A program made the translations under genes and the position numbers. 19,017 nt of DNA from Candidatus Rokuibacteriota bacterium (GTDB lineage Bacteria > Methylomirabilota > Methylomirabilia > Rokubacteriales > DASRDR01), in the NCBI GenBank assembly GCA_044866005.1, contig JBIOTN010000082.1, positions 1 to 19,017 on the forward strand, read 5' to 3'. This document shows, one piece after another, positions 14,499 through 19,017 of the stretch (position 1 is the first letter of the stretch; every line of letters begins with the position of its first letter). Below the pieces are notes generated by a model that was not told the DNA's origin, did no database searches, and saw only the letters and a program-made list of their open reading frames with translations.

Positions 14499-15475
14499 GG
14501 TCGCGGGCGCTCGGGCTGGTCGCCGCCGCGCTGGGGTTCCTCGGCTGCCTCCTCGCCAGCGAGGCCCAGCCCGCGGGCAAGCCGGCCCGGATCGGCTACC
14601 TTTCGGGCGGCGTCCCGACGGCCGAAGGCCCACTCCTGGACGAGTTCCGGCACGGGCTCCGACAGCTCGGATATTCGGAGGGGACGACCGTCACCCTCGA
14701 GCCTCGGTGGGCGGAGGGGCGGCTGGAGAAGCTTCCCCATCTCGCGACCCAGCTCGTCGCATCGAATCCGGACGTCCTGTTCACGCGGGGAACGCCCGCC
14801 GCGGTCGCCGCCAGGCAAGCGACGGCCACGGTGCCCATTGTCGCCATCACGGGAAATCCCGTCGAATCCGGGCTCGTCGGGAGCCTGGCCCGACCGGGCG
14901 GTAACCTGACCGGCTTGACGATCTTCGGGGAACTGGACGTCAAGCGACTGGAGCTCCTCAAGGAGGCCACCCGCACGGCTTCCCGCGTGGCCCTGCTCTG
15001 GAACCCGCTGAACTCCGGTGCCCACCCGGGGCTGAAAAAGCTGCAAGCGGCTGCGCCGAAGGTGGGTGTGACGCTTCACCTGGGGGAGGTGAAGCAGCCG
15101 GAGGACTTCGGCCCGGCGTTCGCCGCGATCCGCGCGGGGAATGCTCAGGCGCTGATGACCTTGCCCGATACGCTCATTCACGCGCATCGGCGACGGATCA
15201 TCGAGTTCGCGGCGGAGGCCCGGCTCCCGGCCATCTACCCGGAGCGAGAGTACGTGGATGCCGGGGGCCTCATGGCCTACGGGCCGAGCCTCCGCGATCT
15301 CTACCGCCGGGCCGCGGGCTACGTGGACAAGATCCTGCGAGGGGCCAAACCCGCCGATCTGCCCATCGAGCAGGCCAGCAAGTTCGAGCTGGTCGTCAAC
15401 CTCAAGACCGCGAAGGCCCTCGGGCTCCACATCCCCCAGTCCGTCCTGCTGCGGGCGGACCAGGTGATCCAGTGA
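14495..15475 (+). CDS. ABC transporter substrate-binding protein (ABC_sub_bind / PF04392-like), paralog 1
   Basis: GTGA overlap with the hydrolase stop; signal peptide; GLRQLGY.EG, LVGSLARPGGNLTG, GGLMAYGP, YVDKILRGAKPADLPIEQ..KFELVVNLKTAKALG. Confidence 0.9.
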   Translation: MRSRALGLVAAALGFLGCLLASEAQPAGKPARIGYLSGGVPTAEGPLLDEFRHGLRQLGYSEGTTVTLEPRWAEGRLEKLPHLATQLVASNPDVLFTRGTPAAVAARQATATVPIVAITGNPVESGLVGSLARPGGNLTGLTIFGELDVKRLELLKEATRTASRVALLWNPLNSGAHPGLKKLQAAAPKVGVTLHLGEVKQPEDFGPAFAAIRAGNAQALMTLPDTLIHAHRRRIIEFAAEARLPAIYPEREYVDAGGLMAYGPSLRDLYRRAAGYVDKILRGAKPADLPIEQASKFELVVNLKTAKALGLHIPQSVLLRADQVIQ

Positions 15476-16425
15476 GGACAGTCGCGCTTCTCGTCACCCT
15501 CGCCGTCGGTCTTCTCACGGCGCCGCTCGCCGCCGAGGCGCAGCCGGTCCCCAAGATCGGTCTCCTCGGCGATTCGTCCTGGGAACCGTTGAGGCGCGGC
15601 CTTCAGGATCTCGGCTACGTGGAGGGGAGGAACATCGTCTTCGAGTCTCGACGGTCGGAGGGGCGAAGCGAGCGCTGGCCGGCTCTCGCGGCCGAGCTGG
15701 TCCGGCTCGAGGTCGACATCGTCGTGACCTCCGGCACGCCGGCGACACTCGCGGCCAAGCGGGCCAGCCCGACGATCCCCATCGTCATGGCCGTCACCGG
15801 CGATCCGCTCAGTACCGGTCTTGTGGCGAGCCTGGCGCGGCCAGGCGGCAACGTCACGGGCCTGATGCAGCTTGGCGCGGGCCTGGCGGCCAAGCGGCTC
15901 GAGCTGGTCAAAGAGGTCGTCCCGAACCTCGCTCGCGTGGCCTTCCTCTGGAACCCGGCGAACCCCGATCAGAAGTCTCACTTCGACCAGGCGCAGGCCG
16001 GAGCCCGCGCCCTGGGCTTGACACTCCGGTCCGTCGAGGTGCGCAGCGGCGAGGAGTTGGAGCGCGCGTTTGCGACGATGATGCGGGAGCATCCGTCCGC
16101 GCTCCTCATGACGGGCGACACCGTCCACCAGCTTCACATCGACTGGATCATCGGCTTCGCGTCGAAGAGCCGGCTGCCGGTCATGTACCAGCTGAAGGAG
16201 AACGTCGAGCGCGGTGGCCTCATCTCCTACGGCCCGATCCGCGCTGACCTGGTCCGACGGGCAGCGCTCTACGTCGACAAGATCCTCAAGGGGGCGAAGC
16301 CCGCCGAGCTGCCCGTCGAGCAGCCGACCACGTTCGAGCTGGCGATCAATCTGAAGACCGCGAAGGCCCTCGGGCTCGCGATTCCGCGGTCCGTGCTGCT
16401 GCGGGCGAACCGCATCGTCCAGTGA
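15472..16425 (+). CDS. ABC transporter substrate-binding protein (PF04392-like), paralog 2
   Basis: Same motif set (LVASLARPGGNVTG; YVDKILKGAKPAELPVEQP); GTGA overlap. Confidence 0.9.
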   Translation: MRTVALLVTLAVGLLTAPLAAEAQPVPKIGLLGDSSWEPLRRGLQDLGYVEGRNIVFESRRSEGRSERWPALAAELVRLEVDIVVTSGTPATLAAKRASPTIPIVMAVTGDPLSTGLVASLARPGGNVTGLMQLGAGLAAKRLELVKEVVPNLARVAFLWNPANPDQKSHFDQAQAGARALGLTLRSVEVRSGEELERAFATMMREHPSALLMTGDTVHQLHIDWIIGFASKSRLPVMYQLKENVERGGLISYGPIRADLVRRAALYVDKILKGAKPAELPVEQPTTFELAINLKTAKALGLAIPRSVLLRANRIVQ

Positions 16426-17402
16426 GTACGATAGCGCTGCTCACCCTCGCCATCGGCCTGCTCGCGGCTCCGCTCGCCGCCGACGCGCAGCAGCCGGCGA
16501 AGATCCGCCAGATAGGACTGCTATCGCCATTCTCTCCGGCCGGTGCCGCGCGCTGGCACCAGGCGTTCCGGCAAGGTCTCCACGACCTCGGATGGGTTGA
16601 GGGGAAGAACATCAGCATCGAGTACCGATATGCGGAGGGTCGAGCCGACCGCCTCCCCGACCTCGCCGCGGATCTCGTCCGTCTCAAGGTAGACATCATC
16701 GTCGCTTCCATCGGTACCGATGCGCTGGCTGCCAAGAACGCGACCAGGGCCATCCCTATCGTCATGGCGGCGGCGGGTGATCCGGTCGCAGGTGGGCTTG
16801 TCGAGAGCCTGGCGCGGCCCGGCGGCAACATCACGGGGTTGTCCCAGATAGCGCCGGAGATGGCTGGAAAACGGCTGGAGTTGCTCAAGGAGATCGTTCC
16901 GCAGCTCTCTCGCGTGGCGGTGCTCTGGAATCCACAGGGCACGACCTCCCCCCTCACGTGGAAAGAAATGCAACTCCCGGCGCGGGCACTGGGACTCCAG
17001 CTTCATTCGCTGGAGGTGCGGAGCTCCAGCGAGTTCGCCAAAGCGTTGGAAGACGCGACCAGGGCGCGCGCTGGCGCTCTTGCCATCGCGCCAGACCCGT
17101 TGTTCGCTGGAGACTTGAAGCGGATGGCGGACCTTGCGGCAAAGAGCGGCCTGCCGGCGATATTTCACCTCGCGGAGTTCGTACACTCCGGCGGTCTCGT
17201 GGCGTATGGGCCGGACCGGTCCGACCTGTTCCGGCGCGCCGCCTCGTACGTCGACAAGATCCTGAAGGGGGCGAAGCCCGCCGACCTGCCCGTGGAGCAG
17301 CCGACGAAGTTCGAGCTGGTCGTCAATCTAAAAACCGCGAAGGCCCTCGGGCTCGCGATTCCCCGGTCCGTGCTGCTGCGGGCGGACCACGTCATTCAGT
17401 AG
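16422..17402 (+). CDS. ABC transporter substrate-binding protein (PF04392-like), paralog 3
   Basis: Same motif set (LVESLARPGGNITG; YVDKILKGAKPADLPVEQPTKFEL); GTGA overlap. Confidence 0.9.
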   Translation: MSTIALLTLAIGLLAAPLAADAQQPAKIRQIGLLSPFSPAGAARWHQAFRQGLHDLGWVEGKNISIEYRYAEGRADRLPDLAADLVRLKVDIIVASIGTDALAAKNATRAIPIVMAAAGDPVAGGLVESLARPGGNITGLSQIAPEMAGKRLELLKEIVPQLSRVAVLWNPQGTTSPLTWKEMQLPARALGLQLHSLEVRSSSEFAKALEDATRARAGALAIAPDPLFAGDLKRMADLAAKSGLPAIFHLAEFVHSGGLVAYGPDRSDLFRRAASYVDKILKGAKPADLPVEQPTKFELVVNLKTAKALGLAIPRSVLLRADHVIQ

Positions 17403-17428
17403 GAGGAGTGACCCCCCACGGAGCGATC

Positions 17429-17809
17429 ATGACGTTTCACCACGTCGGGATGGTGGTCCAGTCGGTCAGCGTTGCCAACGACCTTTGCCGGGAGCGGCTC
17501 AGGGACGATGCCCCGCTGGTCTGGGGGCCGGTGCCCGCATTTCAGTGTCTCGTTGCCTTCTCCACCAGGTTTCCGATGATCGAATTCGTCGTCCCCGAGG
17601 CGGACTCGAGGCTCGTCAGGTTCCTGGGGGGCAAGTCCGTCCTCCACCACATCGCATTTGCCGTCGAGGACGTCCGCCGTCCTGGTCCCTTTTCACCGGG
17701 TGACCTCATATTCGACGAGCCAGCTCCCGCCGTCCGCGGGCTCCTGGTCAACTTCCTCAAACCCCTGGGAGGGCTCCTCGTCGAGCTGGTTCAGGAGCCG
17801 CCGCGGTAG
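17429..17809 (+). CDS. VOC (glyoxalase / methylmalonyl-CoA epimerase-like) family protein
   Basis: GGAG RBS then ATG; FHHVGMVV, IEFV.P, LHHIAFAVEDV, GLLVELVQ. Confidence 0.8.
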   Translation: MTFHHVGMVVQSVSVANDLCRERLRDDAPLVWGPVPAFQCLVAFSTRFPMIEFVVPEADSRLVRFLGGKSVLHHIAFAVEDVRRPGPFSPGDLIFDEPAPAVRGLLVNFLKPLGGLLVELVQEPPR

Positions 17810-17893
17810 AGGGCGGGCGTGAAGTGCTGACCCCTGCGCCCTTCGGGCGCCCCGGCCACGTCAGCGTGACTGTCCGCGAGGAGGAGGATCCGC

Positions 17894-18673
17894 ATGACGA
17901 CGATGACCCGGACTCTCTGGACGCTCCTGGCCGGCTGCGTGGCACTTCCCGCTGTCCCGGCGGGCCGAGCCGACGCCGCCGAGATCAAGGTCTTCAGCGC
18001 GGGCGCGATGAAGACCATCGTCACCGAGCTGGCCGAGCCCTTCCGGCAGGAGACCGGGCACGCCGTGGTGATCACGGCCGGCACCGTCGGCCAGCTCCGC
18101 CAGAAGGTGACGGCCGGCGAGCCGGCCGACGTCGTCATCGTGACCGACGCCGCGATCGACGACCTCGCGCGGCAGGCGCTGGTCGTCCCCGGGACGCGGA
18201 CCGATCTGGCCCGCACGGGCATGGGCATCGCCGTCAGGCAAGGCGCGCCGTTGCCGGACATCTCGACGCCCGAGGCCCTCAAGCGGACGCTGCTGGCGGC
18301 GCGGTCGTTCGTCTACATCGATCCCGCGAGCGGGGGTACGAGCGGGATCCACTTCGCGAGCGTCCTCCAGCGCCTCGGCATCGCCGACGCCGTGAAGGAC
18401 AAGCAGATCCTCTGGCCGGGCGGGCTCGCCGCCGAGGTCGTGGCGAAGGGCCAGGCCGAGCTGGTCGCCCATCAGATCAGCGAGATCGTCCCCGTCCGGG
18501 GCGTCACGCTCGTCGGGCCGCTGCCGAAGGAGCTCCAGAAGGTCACGACGTATTCGGCCGGGCTCGTCGCGAAGAGCGCGATGCCGGACCCGGCGCGGAC
18601 CTTCATCGCCTATCTGGCCCGGCCCGCCCTGAAGCCGAAGTTCGCCGCGGCGGGCCTCGACTACCAGGAGTGA
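17894..18673 (+). CDS. ModA-like (molybdate-type) ABC substrate-binding protein
   Basis: GAGGAGGAGG RBS, signal peptide, EIKVFSAGA, PDIST.EAL, DPASGGTSG.H, QISEI, LVGPLPKELQ. No modBC adjacent, so the ligand is uncertain. Confidence 0.85.
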   Translation: MTTMTRTLWTLLAGCVALPAVPAGRADAAEIKVFSAGAMKTIVTELAEPFRQETGHAVVITAGTVGQLRQKVTAGEPADVVIVTDAAIDDLARQALVVPGTRTDLARTGMGIAVRQGAPLPDISTPEALKRTLLAARSFVYIDPASGGTSGIHFASVLQRLGIADAVKDKQILWPGGLAAEVVAKGQAELVAHQISEIVPVRGVTLVGPLPKELQKVTTYSAGLVAKSAMPDPARTFIAYLARPALKPKFAAAGLDYQE

Positions 18674-18834
18674 GGCCGGCGACACCAGGGGGAGGTCGTG
18701 CTGGTCGGCGTCGACGTCGTCCGACCGTAAGCGCGCCCGCCGCGGGTCACGCGGGTCACGCCGACCGCCCGCGCGTGACATCGCCCGCCGCGGGTCCTGT
18801 CGCCGGCTTGCCCCGGTCCGGCCGGGCTCCATCA

Positions 18835-18887
18835 CCCGTTCGCGCCCTCCCGCAGTCCTGGCGGACTGCGGGAGGAACGCGAAGGGG
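18835..18887. repeat. Long intergenic inverted repeat (hairpin)
   Basis: Perfect 13-bp stem CCTCCCGCAGTCC(18846-18858)-TGGC-GGACTGCGGGAGG(18863-18875), extended by TTCGCG/CGCGAA. Confidence 0.7.
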
Positions 18888-18964
18888 TCCCACTGCGCCC
18901 GGCCGGCTGCGGGGCGCCGCCGGCGCCACCCGCGGCGGCGGGCGCGAGGACACGGAATCCATCC

Positions 18965-19015
18965 TCATGACGCCGCGACGGCGATGACCGCGTCGGCCGG
19001 CATCCCCCGCTTGAG
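18965..19015 (-). CDS. Possible 3' end of a minus-strand gene entering from the window edge
   Basis: Frame ...LKRGMPADAVIAVAAS* has host-like GC3-rich codons; too short to identify. Confidence 0.3.
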   Translation of the reverse strand, partial: LKRGMPADAVIAVAAS

Positions 19016-19017
19016 CC

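Noticed and set aside
10395..15475. Giant track ORFs (1009 aa 10395-13424, 941 aa 12650-15475, 865 aa 12036-14633 minus)
   Set aside because: Arg/Gly/Pro-rich shadow frames of high-GC DNA. Only the C-terminal parts starting at 12228 and 14495 are real genes.
18698..18968. 10-codon ORF after GGGAGG (18698-18730) and the 70-aa minus ORF 18756-18968
   Set aside because: No recognisable homology; low-complexity composition; the longer one overlaps the hairpin.
1..19017. Alternative genetic code (TGA = Trp or Gly)
   Set aside because: TGA is the normal stop for many genes here (1058, 2515, 12060, 13424, ATGA/GTGA overlaps), and the internal TGAs align to Cys, not Trp or Gly.
1..19017. CRISPR array, tRNA (including selC), rRNA, transposase or integrase
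   Set aside because: No regularly spaced repeats, cloverleaf or recombinase motifs seen; the Sec machinery must be encoded elsewhere if the hypothesis holds.

Overview
Very GC-rich bacterial DNA. The multiple PF04392-type substrate-binding paralogs and the GGCCTCGACGGCCCC / CGGCGGCAAAGCCGCCG palindromes resemble Ca. Rokubacteria (Methylomirabilota) genomes; this is inference. The window runs as follows: the 3' end of a CoxL/XdhA-family molybdo-hydroxylase large subunit; an ECF sigma / zinc anti-sigma pair heading a mercury-type operon; three small or hypothetical genes; a minus-strand NitT/TauT ABC importer with a tandem nitroreductase; and a divergent operon (amidohydrolase, M24-fold protein, alpha/beta hydrolase, three tandem ABC substrate-binding paralogs, VOC protein, ModA-like SBP). 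The main discovery is that four consecutive genes (2526-4444) each carry one in-frame TGA exactly where their family has a functional Cys, and each TGA is followed by a hairpin at bacterial-SECIS distance. They are a MerT-HMA fusion (GMT-U-xx-C), a glutaredoxin/NrdH-like protein (UxxC), a double zinc-ribbon protein (CxxU) and a MerB-like organomercurial lyase (U at the Cys159-equivalent site). The ORF track truncates two of these and misses the other two. This looks like a four-selenoprotein, ECF-controlled metal/organomercury cassette, with no merA or merR in the window.
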